IMG/VR virus record: IMGVR_UViG_3300042301_002383
Coordinates: 67,322-97,638 of that record
DNA: 30,317 nt
Strand: one strand, 5' to 3'
Source of the DNA: a virus
Lineage: Duplodnaviria > Heunggongvirae > Uroviricota > Caudoviricetes
Every line of letters begins with the position of its first letter. Position 1 is the first letter of the stretch. The notes below the pieces were generated by a model, which saw only the letters and a list, made by a program, of their open reading frames with translations, searched no databases and was not told where the DNA came from. This document shows, one piece after another, positions 11,001-20,060 of this stretch. The translations under genes and the position numbers were made by a program.

Positions 11001-12765
11001 CAGCCGAACCACTAGAACCTGATGTACCTGACGTACCCGCAGAACCCGATGATCCCGCAGTACCACTTGTGCCTGTCGAACCTGAACTGCCTGAAGTACC
11101 ACTAGTTCCCGCAGATCCTGAACTTCCACTTGTTCCTGAAGTTCCCGCACTTCCACTAGAACCAGCAGTTCCTGAACTACCTGATGAACCTGAAGTTCCA
11201 GCCGAACCACTACTTCCACTAGAACCCGATGAACCACTTGTACCTGAAGTACCTGCACTACCGCTAGAACCCGATGTTCCCGCTGAACCTGAACTACCTG
11301 AAGTTCCTGATGATCCAGATGTACCACTAGTTCCTGAAGATCCTGATGTGCCAGCAGAACCTGAAGTTCCCGCACTTCCACTAGAACCGGCAGTTCCTGA
11401 ACTACCTGAAGTGCCACTTGTACCAGTACTACCACTAGAACCAGAGGTTCCACTTGTACCTGCCGAACCACTAGTTCCCGCAGAACCGCTAGAACCTGAC
11501 GTACCTGCACTACCACTACTTCCTGATGAACCACTAGTACCTGATGTACCTGCAGCTTTTAACCAAGTGTTACCGTCATATCTATATATGTTGGTATCAG
11601 TTGTATTATAATATATTGAACCTGTTGCATTTAAAACAGGATTTGTATTTGAAACTGGTACAACCATTGATCCAGTAACTCTTATTGAACCAGTGAATTG
11701 ATGTAAATCATCTAACGTATCACCAAATTTTGTTGAACCTGATGAAAACGATGTTGTAAGATGTGTGACAGAAGATGAAACAATAAATTGTTGAGCGGTT
11801 AAGTTTCCTTGAACTGTTAAATTACCAGAAACTACCCCACTACCCGTTACACTTAAATTAGAACCGTCAAATCTTAAATTAGATTCAACCGTTGCATTTG
11901 TTCCACTACCATTATATGTAATAACACCATCGGTTGTTGAACCTGTTAATGTCACTAAACCAGATGTACCCGATGAACCTGCTGTTCCACTACTTCCTGA
12001 TGAGCCGGCGGTTCCTGAACTACCAGATGTACCGCTAGTTCCTGCACTTCCACTACTACCAGATGTTCCTGCGGTTCCTGAAGTACCTGTGCTACCACTT
12101 GACCCAGATGTTCCGCTAGTACCGGATGTACCCGCACTACCTGAGCTACCTGATGTTCCAGCAGAACCAGAACTTCCTGATGTACCCGAACTTCCACTAG
12201 TTCCAGCAGAACCAGAACTACCTGATGTTCCACTTGTTCCTGAAGTACCCGAAGTTTGTGAATTATAAGATGTACCATTCAATATAAAGTCACCACCTTT
12301 TAATTCAATAGACCCTGTTACATTAACAGAACCTGTGAATATATGTGCATCATCTAATGAATTACCAAATTTAGAAGATTCGGTTACTTTTAATGTTCCT
12401 GTTACTTCTGAATTGGAATTAATTCTAAGACCATTTGCTTGTGAAATAGAAGCGGTTGCACTTCCGTCTGTAATTTGATTTAATTGAAGTCCTGTTACTC
12501 CTGATGCCGGAATATTAAATAATCCGTTACCGTTCCCAATAAAAGATCCTGTGAAAGAACCCGTAGTGTAAGAAGAGGTAAATGCACCGAATGAACTTGT
12601 TAAAGTATACATTGGTGCAAATGAAGCGGTTTCGGCAGAAACTGCGTTAGTTGTGTTACCACTAATATTACCAATAATATTACCTAAGACCGTTAAATCA
12701 CCAGAAATTTCAGCCGAACTTGAGACTGAAAGTGAACCGGATATGTGTGCGTCAAATATATTCAT
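5008..12765 (-). CDS. Giant fibre protein (2585 aa) with six Gly-X-Y Ser/Thr-rich tracts, five repeated modules and a tail-fibre-type C-terminal region
   Basis: Uninterrupted ORF. The C-terminal part has tail-fibre-like motifs ([19 protein letters not shown], and a terminal [18 protein letters not shown]...[13 protein letters not shown]......YKF domain). It is flanked by LamG and glycine-rich genes. Confidence 0.85.
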   Translation of the reverse strand: MNIFDAHISGSLSVSSSAEISGDLTVLGNIIGNISGNTTNAVSAETASFAPMYTLTSSFGAFTSSYTTGSFTGSFIGNGNGLFNIPASGVTGLQLNQITDGSATASISQANGLRINSNSEVTGTLKVTESSKFGNSLDDAHIFTGSVNVTGSIELKGGDFILNGTSYNSQTSGTSGTSGTSGSSGSAGTSGSSGTSGSSGSAGTSGSSGSAGTSGTSGTSGSSGSTGTSGTAGTSGSSGSAGTSGTSGSSGTAGSSGSSGTAGSSGTSGLVTLTGSTTDGVITYNGSGTNATVESNLRFDGSNLSVTGSGVVSGNLTVQGNLTAQQFIVSSSVTHLTTSFSSGSTKFGDTLDDLHQFTGSIRVTGSMVVPVSNTNPVLNATGSIYYNTTDTNIYRYDGNTWLKAAGTSGTSGSSGSSGSAGTSGSSGSAGTSGSAGTSGTSGSSGSTGTSGTSGSSGTAGSSGSAGTSGSAGTSGSSGTSGTSGSSGTSGSSGSAGTSGSSGSAGTSGTSGSSGSSGSSGSAGTSGSSGSSGTAGSSGSAGTSGTSGSSGSAGTSGTSGSSGSTGTSGTAGSSGSAGTSGTSGSSGSAGSSGTSGTSGSSGTSITTSGTNNTVVKFTSTSTVGNSNITDDGTTIRLGSNSVVTGSLVITGNLTAQQFIVSSSVSYITTSFASGSTKFGDTIDDNHNFTGSVNITGSLKIPTASANPTGTVAGQLYYNTTDTNIYRYDGSFWLKAAGTSGTSGTAGTSGSSGSSGTSGSSGSAGTSGTSGSSGSTGTSGSAGTSGSSGTRGTSGSSGSSGSAGTSGSSGSAGTSGTSGSSGLAGSSGTSGSSGSAGTSGTAGSSGSAGTSGSSGSAGTSGTSGSSGSAGTSGTAGTSGSSGTSGSSGSSGSSGTRGTSGSSGSAGTSGTSGSSGTSGSSGTSITTSGTNNTVVKFTSTSTVGNSNITDDGTTVRLGSNTIVTGSLVVTGNLTAQQFIVSSSVTHLTTSFSSGSTKFGDTLDDNHNFTGSVSVTGSLQIPRASSNPVGTATGSIYYNTTDTNIYRYDGSFWLRAAGSSGTSGTSGTAGTSGSSGSAGTSGTSGSSGTSGTSGTSGSAGTSGSSGATGSSGTSGTSGSSGSSGSAGTSGSSGSSGSAGTSGSSGTRGTSGTSGSSGSAGTSGTSGATGSSGTSGSSGSAGTSGSAGTSGSSGGTGSSGTSGSSGTTGTSGSSGSAGTSGSAGTSGSSGATGSSGSSGSSGSSGTRGTSGTSGSSGSSGSAGTSGSSGSSGSTGTSGTSGTSGTSGSSGTSITTSGTNNTLTKFTSATTVGNATNLTDDGTTFRVGQNAVVTGSLVVTGNLTAQQLIISSSVMHLTQSFASGSHVFGNSIDDTHQFTGSLRVTGSMVVPTATSTGTALGTIAGQIFYNTTDNNIYRYNGTTWLVAAGSSGTSGTSGSSGTAGTSGSSGSSGVSGASGTSGTSGSSGSSGVAGSSGTSGTSGSSGSAGTSGMSGSSGANGSSGSSGSAGTSGTSGSAGTSGTSGSSGSSGSSGVAGSSGSSGSSGTRGTSGSSGSAGTSGSSGSSGANGSSGTSGSSGTRGTSGSSGSAGTSGSSGANGSSGSSGSAGTSGTAGSSGSSGGTGSSGTSGSSGTSGTSGSSGSAGTSGSSGSAGTSGSSGTTGTSGSSGTTGTSGSSGTAGTSGSSGTSGSSGTSGSSGTSGSSGGTGSSGTSGSSGTRGTSGTSGSSGSAGTSGSSGTSGTSGTSVSVSGNSGTIVKFTSASTVGNSNIVDTGNDITFNTSLTTVKGNLVVTGSLTAQQFIVSSSVSFITTSFASGSTKFGDDTGDNHNFTGSVFVTGSLRIPTASGTGNIIGNAAGQLFYNTTDNNIYRYNGTTWLAAAGTSGTSGSSGSSGAGGSSGSSGSAGTSGSSGSSGSSGSSGTAGSSGTSGTTGTSGTSGSSGTTGTSGSSGTSGAAGSSGSSGSSGTRGTSGSSGSAGTSGTSGTAGSSGSSGSSGTSGNSGSSGSSGSSGSSGSAGTSGAAIINNNTANYVLTATGTAGTIQGNAGLTFSSGTLTATTFSGALSGNASTATQVTQTLTGTNAANLLYSQIADNDYARIRVGGDAGNSGWMELATADDGNEPIYVRQYTGVFTTVTRTATLLDGSGNTTFPGTLSASNYSGTSSGTNTGDQTNISGYATSLNGYANQTVYTILDGPANGPVIKVRYDSATANRYIDIGSKDGNGVYSEGLKLYNNSTITWLGQTVYHSGNIPTWNQNTTGTASNITAYTINQSVGTGNSPTFVDTTLTGGLTIGGSLSRGTYVSLSNYVTGADNIVLKGNSSGVSGIFFESEKDGTNINHPSDFGFIQFHSYGIGGSSGEANRLVIGTSNDADDILVLNPADINGLKLRAGVGTTEYTIYHAGNIPTWNQNTTGTASNITAYTINQSVGTSNSPTFAGITVNGTVVASQSGFQSATYASGRNRIWSFGNADAYGISYFQGSGGYGGSQDMIGFHFGTASVAESKFTFVADGRFFITGGIFPSANGTYNLGSSSLRWNTVFTSDLSLSNGIGDYTIVEGENDLFLYNNKQNKVYKFMLQEVNPNDATPKRPE
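5476..6048 (-). repeat. 37-aa direct duplication within the fibre C-terminal region (copies at 5476-5586 and 5938-6048)
   Basis: YH[A/S][28 protein letters not shown][S/G]NSPTF. Codon-by-codon comparison gives 35/37 identical residues and 14 synonymous codon differences. Confidence 0.9.
6724..12255 (-). repeat. Six coding Gly-X-Y tracts ([12 protein letters not shown])
   Basis: Approximate tracts: 11959-12255 (99 aa), 10957-11550 (198), 10003-10560 (186), 8905-9606 (234), 7546-8499 (318), 6724-7140 (139). Gly falls at every third residue and there is no Pro. Confidence 0.9.
7141..11958 (-). repeat. Five homologous 132-136-aa modules in the fibre
   Basis: Approximate modules: 11551-11958, 10561-10956, 9607-10002, 8500-8904, 7141-7545. 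Shared core: LTAQQ(F/L)I(V/I)SSSV...SF.SGS..FG....D.H.FTGS..VTGS...G...YNTTD.NIYRY.G..WL.AAG. Confidence 0.9.
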
Positions 12766-12788
12766 CTAAAATGTTTAATTATACTTAG

Positions 12789-12798
12789 ATAAATACTT
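12789..12798 (-). promoter_or_regulatory. AAGTATTTAT motif upstream of the fibre gene
   Basis: Lies 23 nt upstream of the ATG at 12765. An ATATTTAT variant on the + strand (12827-12834) precedes the divergent gene at 12839. Confidence 0.45.
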
Positions 12799-12838
12799 AC
12801 CGATTCGTATTTGAGCGAGGATAATTATATTTATTGTT

Positions 12839-13903
12839 ATGTTAAATCATATTAAAAGTGGTACATCACCATATTCAATAAGAAAGGGTGCACAATCTTT
12901 TGGTGTTAGTGGTGAGATTGATTATGGACCAACATCATCGTCAGAATTTTACCAAGGAATAACTCCACCAAATGGTGGATATACAATATACGTTAATAGG
13001 GTAACAGGTGGACCTTCAATACATGTTGCAAATAACGATACTCAATGTATATTTTTTCTTAAATCATTTGGTGCAACTGGTTCAACAATAAGTGAAGTAT
13101 TGGCATGGGCAAATGCACAAACATCATTGTATGTTAAAACATCAGATTTTATCATTTCAGATTTACCATATGGTAAAAACGGATTGATAACTAAAGGATT
13201 ATTAATTGCATTAGATGTTAGTGACAGCAATAGTTTTGTAAGTGGCACCACAGTAAATGATTTACATGGTTTTTCAAATTTATTTTTAAATGGTGGACTT
13301 TCGGTTGTGAGTGGTTCAGTTAATGGTAGTCCATTGACTATTCCATTTATTAATATGGTTGGAAGTGGTAGTAGCAATTATGGTGGTTTTTCATCAAATG
13401 CCACATTTAATAACATTAGAAATTTAACTTGTGAGTTTTTAGTTTTTTTTGGAAGTTTAGGTACTGGTGGTCCTGATACAATATTTAGTAATGAAGGTGC
13501 AAGATTTTATGTTAGAACGGATGGTAATGGAGCGTTAGGTGGTTTTGTTAAGGGTCCAATAACACAATTTGAGAGCAATATAGCGGGAAGCGGGACCGTA
13601 GTAATAAACACGTGGTATCATTTAGTCTTCACCGTTAATTTTGATAATAATTTTTTAGTTTATAAAAATGGAGTTCTTGCCGGAAGTCAATCTATTGCGA
13701 ATGTAGGTGGGAATTGGATAAATCCAACGGCAGCAACGACATCGTCATATCAACCAGCATTGGGATCAAGGTATTCCGGTTACGGGACACCCGGTACCAA
13801 AATGATTGGAGGAATAAACATGTTTCGTTTTTATGATAGGGCATTAAATTCAACAGAAATAACTCAAAATTTTAATATATTAAAATCACGTATAAATCTT
13901 TAA
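12839..13903 (+). CDS. LamG domain protein with distinct N-terminal domain
   Basis: C-terminal GLLIALDVSD.NSF..., TCEFLVFF, WYHLVFTV......VYKNG, MFRFYDRALNSTEITQNFN..K.R. Apart from the epimerase fragment it is the only real plus-strand gene. Confidence 0.8.
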   Translation: MLNHIKSGTSPYSIRKGAQSFGVSGEIDYGPTSSSEFYQGITPPNGGYTIYVNRVTGGPSIHVANNDTQCIFFLKSFGATGSTISEVLAWANAQTSLYVKTSDFIISDLPYGKNGLITKGLLIALDVSDSNSFVSGTTVNDLHGFSNLFLNGGLSVVSGSVNGSPLTIPFINMVGSGSSNYGGFSSNATFNNIRNLTCEFLVFFGSLGTGGPDTIFSNEGARFYVRTDGNGALGGFVKGPITQFESNIAGSGTVVINTWYHLVFTVNFDNNFLVYKNGVLAGSQSIANVGGNWINPTAATTSSYQPALGSRYSGYGTPGTKMIGGINMFRFYDRALNSTEITQNFNILKSRINL

Positions 13904-16645
13904 TTACAATTTAAGTAATTTTTTAATTTCGTTAATTACACTTTCGGAACTAATTTCTTTTGAACATTCGAATTGTCTATCTGTACCTTTTTGGTCGGGA
14001 CACCAATTCCAATCTCCAGCATCAAAATCATGTCGATTCCAACAACTGTTACAAACATTTTTATTAATTACTCTATTAACTCCGATGAATGGTTCCGTAT
14101 ATATGTCTGTGAATCCTGATATTAAAACCACCGGCACATCCGCACCCCACGCCAACCAACTTAATCCACTACTAATTCCAATAAAAAGTTCTGACTCTTG
14201 TAATGTTTTTATAACATCCGTTAATAACCCCGATGGTTGTTGCACCACCCCTATTGGGTTTTTATTACCCATATATCCATCTTCTTCTCTAGATAACAAT
14301 CTTACCTCGTAACCATTTTCTTTTAGATAATCAACCACATCTTGCCAACCATTTGGGTTGTTCCAATATTTTAATTGTGCGGTCGAGTGAATACCGATAC
14401 AAACTCTCTTTTGTTTTTTCTTACCTAATTTTGGTAATTTTGTTCTTACCTCTTCATAATCTAAACCTAAAATATCCGAAGCGATTTTTGTTAATGGTTC
14501 CAATTTAGGGTCTGACGAGTGATGTTCGATATTAATATGTCTTGTTCCATCATTTTCGGTTTTGTAAAACATACCTAAACGATATAAGGAATATAAATTA
14601 TTTACATTGGTTCCAGGTTCAACAAATTCAATCTCTTTATATTGTTTTTTAAATAAGTCATTTTGGAATGTTGAGCATATCATTTTACAACCATGTTTCT
14701 TTCTGAAATTCTCAACATACGGGACAAATGCAATCGTGTCACCCAATGATTTAGATTCGAAAGCAACATAAACTCTTTTACCTTTTAAATCAATCCTATG
14801 TTCATAATAATAATCATTATCAATTCCCTTTATCACAATTGTCCAATCAACATAATACTTTATTGAGCTTCTTGACCAGTGATTACTTTTCAATTCAATG
14901 GAAAATTCGGTCTTCTTTGTTTTGTTATTAATGAACTGAACACTATATAATAATTGTTCATCATCTAATATTTCAATATATGGTCCATCAACAAAATGAA
15001 CATTTACTGACTTTGGTTTATGATTCTGTTTTATTTCTATATTTTTTGTTGTGTACTTATTTATCTCTCTACAATCTTCAGCACTTTCACCTAAGAACTC
15101 TTTATATACTTCGACCCCTTGATAATATACAATAACATTACTACCCTTTTTATATTGACCTAATGGTATTGTAAAAAACGCCTCTTTATGTAATGTGATA
15201 AATCGTTTATAGTCATTGTAAACCACCTCAAGTAGATAATCTTTGTCTGCCTTAATTTCTGAGAATCCAGAAATCAAATGTAAGTGAAGGTTGTGTTTCT
15301 CATCCACACCAATGTATGTTTGGAAATAAGCACCGTTTTTAATCATTCCATCTCTATTCCAAACAGCTTGTGTATTCAACTCATCATTGTTTGCAATGTA
15401 ATTGGTTACAAAGATATTGTTAGTGACATTTCTTAGTGCTGTTAAAAATACTCTTTCTAATTGCCAACCGTTTGGTTTGTTTTTAAAGTATTCTTCTTTG
15501 GTTTTGATTTGGTCAATTGCTTTAATTGCCACATCAGTTTTAACTGAGAAAATAAACGTTGCGCAATATTCACTAAAATTTGAGTTGGTTATACTGTTTT
15601 CGGAATATTCATATAACACAGCATCATGTCCGCCCAATCTTTCTAAAAATGCTTGTCTATATTGAACTGGATTTGGTAAGTTATCATATTCAAAGAAGTG
15701 AATATTTTTCTTACCCAAGTAGTTACAGAAATTAAATGAGTTCCTCAGGGTCTCCCATATAGCATAATCATGATGGAACGCATTTGCATTATCAATTCTA
15801 TGGTCACCCATATCACTCCATCTTCCGCTGGCAACTTGATATTCGTTGAATTCATGACTTAATAAAAGTGGGTTCTTTTTGTCAAATAAATAGTAGTCCA
15901 CCATCTTTTGAATCTCAGGTTTAATTGGATAATGTCCTGTTAATAATATATCAATATTATATGTCTTTAATATTTTAATTAACTCAATTAAATCATTCTC
16001 TTTTGATTCGTTATTTGGCCAACAATCAATTACAAAAATATCGTCCTTATAAGTTTCTTTACTAAGCTCAGGAACAATTTGTTGTGTCAAATATTTCTCA
16101 CCACCTTTGATACCATAAAAGTATAAATCATCTGGTTCATAACCTCTTTCAAAATGACCATCAATAAACGCCTCATTAAATGAAGGTATAATTTCTATAT
16201 CTTCTTTTTCTAAATTTTTATAATAGTCAGCCCATTCTTCACTAACATCTTCTAATAATGGTGCATCACATTGACTTGTTCTTCTTGTACCATGTTCTGG
16301 TCTACCATTAGCTGCACATGTGAATATGAACATACCACCTGGCTTTAACATTCTAATAACATTCTTAATGGTATCAGGATAATACATATCATGCTCAAAA
16401 ACTTCAGTAGATATGATTGTGTCAAAATATTCATCGGGAGCATCGTATAGATTACCCGCAGCAGCGACATCAACATTTCTTCCTTCTCCGATATCTATAC
16501 CAATGTAATTACAATCCTCGAATAGAAATCTATTTGAACCATTTAAATCTAATGACCCAATATCTAATACTTTTTTATTTTTAAAATATTCCGGATGTTT
16601 TTCTCTAACTCTAGAACAAAATTGTTGTTGTTGTAAATGTGCCAT
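13904..16645 (-). CDS. Fusion: class I SAM methyltransferase + unknown middle domain + TibC/AAH-type (GT9-like) protein O-glycosyltransferase
   Basis: N-terminal VLDIGSLDLNG...DTIISTEVFEH...LKPGG. C-terminal region (about 13904-15020) has KRVYVAFESKSLGDTIAF, FIGISSGLSWLAW, VVLISGFT and CNSCW-x12-CP-x8-FEC (C-x2-C-x13-C-x11-C), matching the autotransporter heptosyltransferase pattern. Confidence 0.8.
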   Translation of the reverse strand: MAHLQQQQFCSRVREKHPEYFKNKKVLDIGSLDLNGSNRFLFEDCNYIGIDIGEGRNVDVAAAGNLYDAPDEYFDTIISTEVFEHDMYYPDTIKNVIRMLKPGGMFIFTCAANGRPEHGTRRTSQCDAPLLEDVSEEWADYYKNLEKEDIEIIPSFNEAFIDGHFERGYEPDDLYFYGIKGGEKYLTQQIVPELSKETYKDDIFVIDCWPNNESKENDLIELIKILKTYNIDILLTGHYPIKPEIQKMVDYYLFDKKNPLLLSHEFNEYQVASGRWSDMGDHRIDNANAFHHDYAIWETLRNSFNFCNYLGKKNIHFFEYDNLPNPVQYRQAFLERLGGHDAVLYEYSENSITNSNFSEYCATFIFSVKTDVAIKAIDQIKTKEEYFKNKPNGWQLERVFLTALRNVTNNIFVTNYIANNDELNTQAVWNRDGMIKNGAYFQTYIGVDEKHNLHLHLISGFSEIKADKDYLLEVVYNDYKRFITLHKEAFFTIPLGQYKKGSNVIVYYQGVEVYKEFLGESAEDCREINKYTTKNIEIKQNHKPKSVNVHFVDGPYIEILDDEQLLYSVQFINNKTKKTEFSIELKSNHWSRSSIKYYVDWTIVIKGIDNDYYYEHRIDLKGKRVYVAFESKSLGDTIAFVPYVENFRKKHGCKMICSTFQNDLFKKQYKEIEFVEPGTNVNNLYSLYRLGMFYKTENDGTRHINIEHHSSDPKLEPLTKIASDILGLDYEEVRTKLPKLGKKKQKRVCIGIHSTAQLKYWNNPNGWQDVVDYLKENGYEVRLLSREEDGYMGNKNPIGVVQQPSGLLTDVIKTLQESELFIGISSGLSWLAWGADVPVVLISGFTDIYTEPFIGVNRVINKNVCNSCWNRHDFDAGDWNWCPDQKGTDRQFECSKEISSESVINEIKKLLKL

Positions 16646-17307
16646 TATCTTTTAGTTATTATAATAATTCCGTTAAGGAAATTTATCGATTCTATCTGTG
16701 TACCAATGTAATTGTATCCTTTAGCTTCAAATTGTTCAACTAACTTATCTTCTCTTCTGGCATTTGCATTATGAAAATTCTCCAATGTTTCACCAAAAAA
16801 ATTAACTTCATCTGTTATACCTTTAAAGTATTCCATCATAGTGCCTTCCAAGTATCTTCCGCCACCATAGTATGGTAAATAAGACGTACATACATCTTCT
16901 ACAACATAAACACCACCGGGTTTAATTGAATCCCATAAATGTTCAAATGAATATATTACATGTTCATTCATGTGCGAACCATCGTCTAGTATCATGTCAA
17001 ATGGTCCGTATTGTGTTTTAATTTTTGTTAAAAACTCTGCATCGAATTGAGAACCAATTTCAACTTTCATCCTATCTTCTTCATATTGTTTACAATCTGG
17101 GTTGATGTCAATACCAAGAATGTTTGACCTATAATAGAATTCTTTCCAAGTTCTTAAGGAATCTCCACCCAAGATACCAATTTCCATTATGTTTAAATTA
17201 TCATACCTATTGAATGGTAGATATTTCTCATACTTAACACAATAATTGTGTATTTCGGAAGACTTATCAGTTCCGTACTTTTTAGCTAAATCGTTTAATA
17301 TACTCAT
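16645..17307 (-). CDS. Class I SAM-dependent methyltransferase, sugar O-methyltransferase-like (MycE-like)
   Basis: KYGTDK...HNY...YE, MEIGILGG.S...W..F, GIDI, FDMILDDGSH, W..IKPGGVYVVED. Confidence 0.8.
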   Translation of the reverse strand: MSILNDLAKKYGTDKSSEIHNYCVKYEKYLPFNRYDNLNIMEIGILGGDSLRTWKEFYYRSNILGIDINPDCKQYEEDRMKVEIGSQFDAEFLTKIKTQYGPFDMILDDGSHMNEHVIYSFEHLWDSIKPGGVYVVEDVCTSYLPYYGGGRYLEGTMMEYFKGITDEVNFFGETLENFHNANARREDKLVEQFEAKGYNYIGTQIESINFLNGIIIITKR

Positions 17308-20024
17308 CTTGTAAAATATAACATTTGTAACGCATTATTTATACCCATAAACATAAGATATGAGTTAAATCCTAATTTCAACATTCTATCAATTAATTGT
17401 TGTCTCAATTCATCATCAAAATTAAAATGACTATGATGATATTCCATTGAGATGTTATTAACCTTCATTAAATTATCGTCACTAATTCCTTTTAAGGCGT
17501 GATGTTCAGCGCCTTCGATATCAATTTTAAGAAAATCAATATGGTCAACCAATCCAGTTTCAAACAAGTAATCTAACGTATACGTTCTTACTGGATAGTT
17601 TACTGTATTATTATGTGTACCAAATAAATTGGATCCACCTAAATGGGAACTCTCATATAATCTAAATTCTCCAATAGAATCCGCAGCACCCGCATTAAAT
17701 AAAATAGAACGAGGGTCAGCATTTAAGGATAATAATTTAAAATATCTTTTATCTGGTTCAAAAGATATAACTTTAGATGCACCTTGACTATACGCCCATC
17801 TATTGAATATACCGATGTTACCACCTAAATCAACAACAACATCACCTTCATTAATATTCTTTACTCTATCTTTATAATAATCAAGTAGATTAAAAATCTC
17901 ATGATAGATAGCCCTAAACCAACCAAATTTTTCCGCCACCTCTAATGTACCACCTTCATACTCCTTTATGTCCCCCAAGTTTTCAACATTGTATATTCCT
18001 GTATAAAAATATTCTGAGTTATAAAATGAATTGTCCTTTATAAATTTGATAAACTGAACCATTTTATCTGAGTTCTCGGAATTCTTATTCCCGTGGAAAT
18101 AAAGAATATCTTCTTTGTTCTTTGGTATGTATTGATAACCAAAAACTTTATCGAAGTTATATGGTCCTTTCTTATTCCAAAAAGTGTAGAAGTCTTCTAA
18201 TTGTTTTTGTGTTTGACCAGCATCACCATCATAAGATGATGTATCAAAATTAGATAATGGTAAATGTTTAGTGTAACCATGTTTCCATCTTAATGCGTTT
18301 TCAATACCCTCATCATTCCATATGAACAACCTATCGTAATCTTTTAAATCTGTTGTCTTATATGATTCAATTACTTGTTCAAACCACCCAACACAATTTC
18401 TATTATAAATGAACATACAAACATGCATGTATGGTGTTCTTTTTTGAATACCCCACTCTTTAGCTAACTCTTCATTAAATGATTGGTTCTTTGTTTGACC
18501 ATCTAATGTATAGTAACCATAAAATTCTTCTTGTCTATGAATGTCAGATAATGGATAGTTATCAATATCCTTAAAGTATTTTTCAATCGTATCGAAATTG
18601 TGATTAATCACCACATCACCATCAATCCAAACAAACTTATCATAGTCTTCATTAAACGCCTCAATACACGCATATTGTTTCCAATACCATCTATCATGTT
18701 CAGAATGTTTTGGTGGGTCAATTCTTCTTTTAATTACGTTCGGGTAATCAAATGGAACGTCACAATCAACACCATAAACAATTATTTTAGAATTTGAGAA
18801 TTCTAATACTGATTGTACTAGTTTCTCGATAACAGGCATATAACCGATATTACCCGTTGTTACAAATACAAATGGTTTCATTTTTTCTTCTAATAACATA
18901 GACGCATTTTTTGCAATAGTATCCCAATTAAAATCTTTATGTATTCTTTTTGCGTCTTCACGTGACGTAATCCACATCGCTGTTTTATAATCGTAAGCTT
19001 GACGCATTTTAAATTTTAAATCTTCCCAGTCCGGTTCACAATATTCTCCAGGGAAATCTTTATGTTCGTAATTTGCAGGAACTAACCCTTTAATTGATAC
19101 AGGTACACCTTTACCTTGGGTGAATTGTTGTTGTCCACCCCAATCTGCATATATCGATGGCGTTCCACATGCCATAGCTTCAATCAATGGTAAATTCCAA
19201 CCTTCACTTCTAGCACAAGAAACAAATACATCTGCCGTTTGCAAATACTTAACATATTCTTCTCTTGATGGGAAATTAACTATTTTAATATTCTTTGTGT
19301 TAATACCATAATGTTTGATTCTTTCTTCTGTTGTACTCAAACCATCTGATGAATATGGGTTTTCTACTGATGCAATTAACTCAACATCTGTTTCGTCTTT
19401 AAACTCTTCACCAAATGCTCGTAATATTTCTGTAGTCCCTTTTCTCCACTCCCATCTACCAAACAAAACAAACTGTGTCTTATCTTTTTTAGGATATTTT
19501 TCTAATGGTTTAAATGTTTCAACATCAACACCTTCAGGAACTACATATATCTTTTCTTTTGGATAACCTTGTTCAACTAAACAATCAAACTGCCATTGTG
19601 TTGGGACCCACACTTCATCAAAGTAAAATAATCTATTAAAGAAGTCATCTGGATAACGTGTCGATTCCCAAACATTGTATGCAATATTATAACCACTATA
19701 ATTGTCATAGAAATAGTAATGATTCATATCCATTAACACGATATTAATGTCCGGCGTAAAATCACCCTTATAACCATATATCGGTGAATCTCCGTGACTA
19801 CCGTCACTATTAATCAAGGTCTGTTGGATTAACATATCCTTCATTTCGTCGGTTATGTATGGTTCGTCATTATGTGGGGTATTATTCATACCTTTCCAAC
19901 CTTTCCCGATTGTTGCGTTCCTAACCTTTACAGTATGGTATTTGTTTAGGGCACAAAAAAAGGACCTAGCGTGATTAGCATATCCTGTGGTACCAATGAA
20001 TGGTGCGTGTGCAAGTATTTTCAT
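17304..20024 (-). CDS. Fusion: GT4 glycosyltransferase + putative GT-A-like domain + FkbM-family methyltransferase
   Basis: GT4 E-x7-E motif EGWNLPLIEAMACG; middle domain with WIDGD (DxD); C-terminal VVDLGGNIGIF, ISFEP, TLD, DFLKIDIEGAE. Confidence 0.85.
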   Translation of the reverse strand: MKILAHAPFIGTTGYANHARSFFCALNKYHTVKVRNATIGKGWKGMNNTPHNDEPYITDEMKDMLIQQTLINSDGSHGDSPIYGYKGDFTPDINIVLMDMNHYYFYDNYSGYNIAYNVWESTRYPDDFFNRLFYFDEVWVPTQWQFDCLVEQGYPKEKIYVVPEGVDVETFKPLEKYPKKDKTQFVLFGRWEWRKGTTEILRAFGEEFKDETDVELIASVENPYSSDGLSTTEERIKHYGINTKNIKIVNFPSREEYVKYLQTADVFVSCARSEGWNLPLIEAMACGTPSIYADWGGQQQFTQGKGVPVSIKGLVPANYEHKDFPGEYCEPDWEDLKFKMRQAYDYKTAMWITSREDAKRIHKDFNWDTIAKNASMLLEEKMKPFVFVTTGNIGYMPVIEKLVQSVLEFSNSKIIVYGVDCDVPFDYPNVIKRRIDPPKHSEHDRWYWKQYACIEAFNEDYDKFVWIDGDVVINHNFDTIEKYFKDIDNYPLSDIHRQEEFYGYYTLDGQTKNQSFNEELAKEWGIQKRTPYMHVCMFIYNRNCVGWFEQVIESYKTTDLKDYDRLFIWNDEGIENALRWKHGYTKHLPLSNFDTSSYDGDAGQTQKQLEDFYTFWNKKGPYNFDKVFGYQYIPKNKEDILYFHGNKNSENSDKMVQFIKFIKDNSFYNSEYFYTGIYNVENLGDIKEYEGGTLEVAEKFGWFRAIYHEIFNLLDYYKDRVKNINEGDVVVDLGGNIGIFNRWAYSQGASKVISFEPDKRYFKLLSLNADPRSILFNAGAADSIGEFRLYESSHLGGSNLFGTHNNTVNYPVRTYTLDYLFETGLVDHIDFLKIDIEGAEHHALKGISDDNLMKVNNISMEYHHSHFNFDDELRQQLIDRMLKLGFNSYLMFMGINNALQMLYFTR

Positions 20025-20045
20025 TATCCTTAATATAAGGATAAT
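20023..20045. repeat. Perfect 10-bp inverted repeat ATTATCCTTA-ata-TAAGGATAAT
   Basis: Arms at 20023-20032 and 20036-20045, overlapping the -10 element and the start codon of the GT4 fusion gene. Confidence 0.8.
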
Positions 20046-20060
20046 AACTTAAAAAGTCAA
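20032..20060 (-). promoter_or_regulatory. sigma70-like promoter TTGACT-N17-TATATT
   Basis: -35 at 20055-20060 and -10 at 20032-20037 with a 17-nt spacer. The ATG at 20024 follows the -10 by only 7 nt. Confidence 0.65.

Noticed and set aside
6724-12255. Repeat arrays as CRISPR or non-coding satellite
   Set aside because: The repeats are 9-nt-period, degenerate at third codon positions and in frame within one ORF. There is no repeat-spacer structure and no cas gene.
6707-12278. Long overlapping ORFs with EPLVPD or VVQVL repeats (e.g. 7520-8536 +, 7515-8420 -, 10793-11611 +)
   Set aside because: They are antisense or shifted-frame shadows of the Gly-X-Y codons, which rarely create stops. They begin and end with the tracts and have no independent starts.
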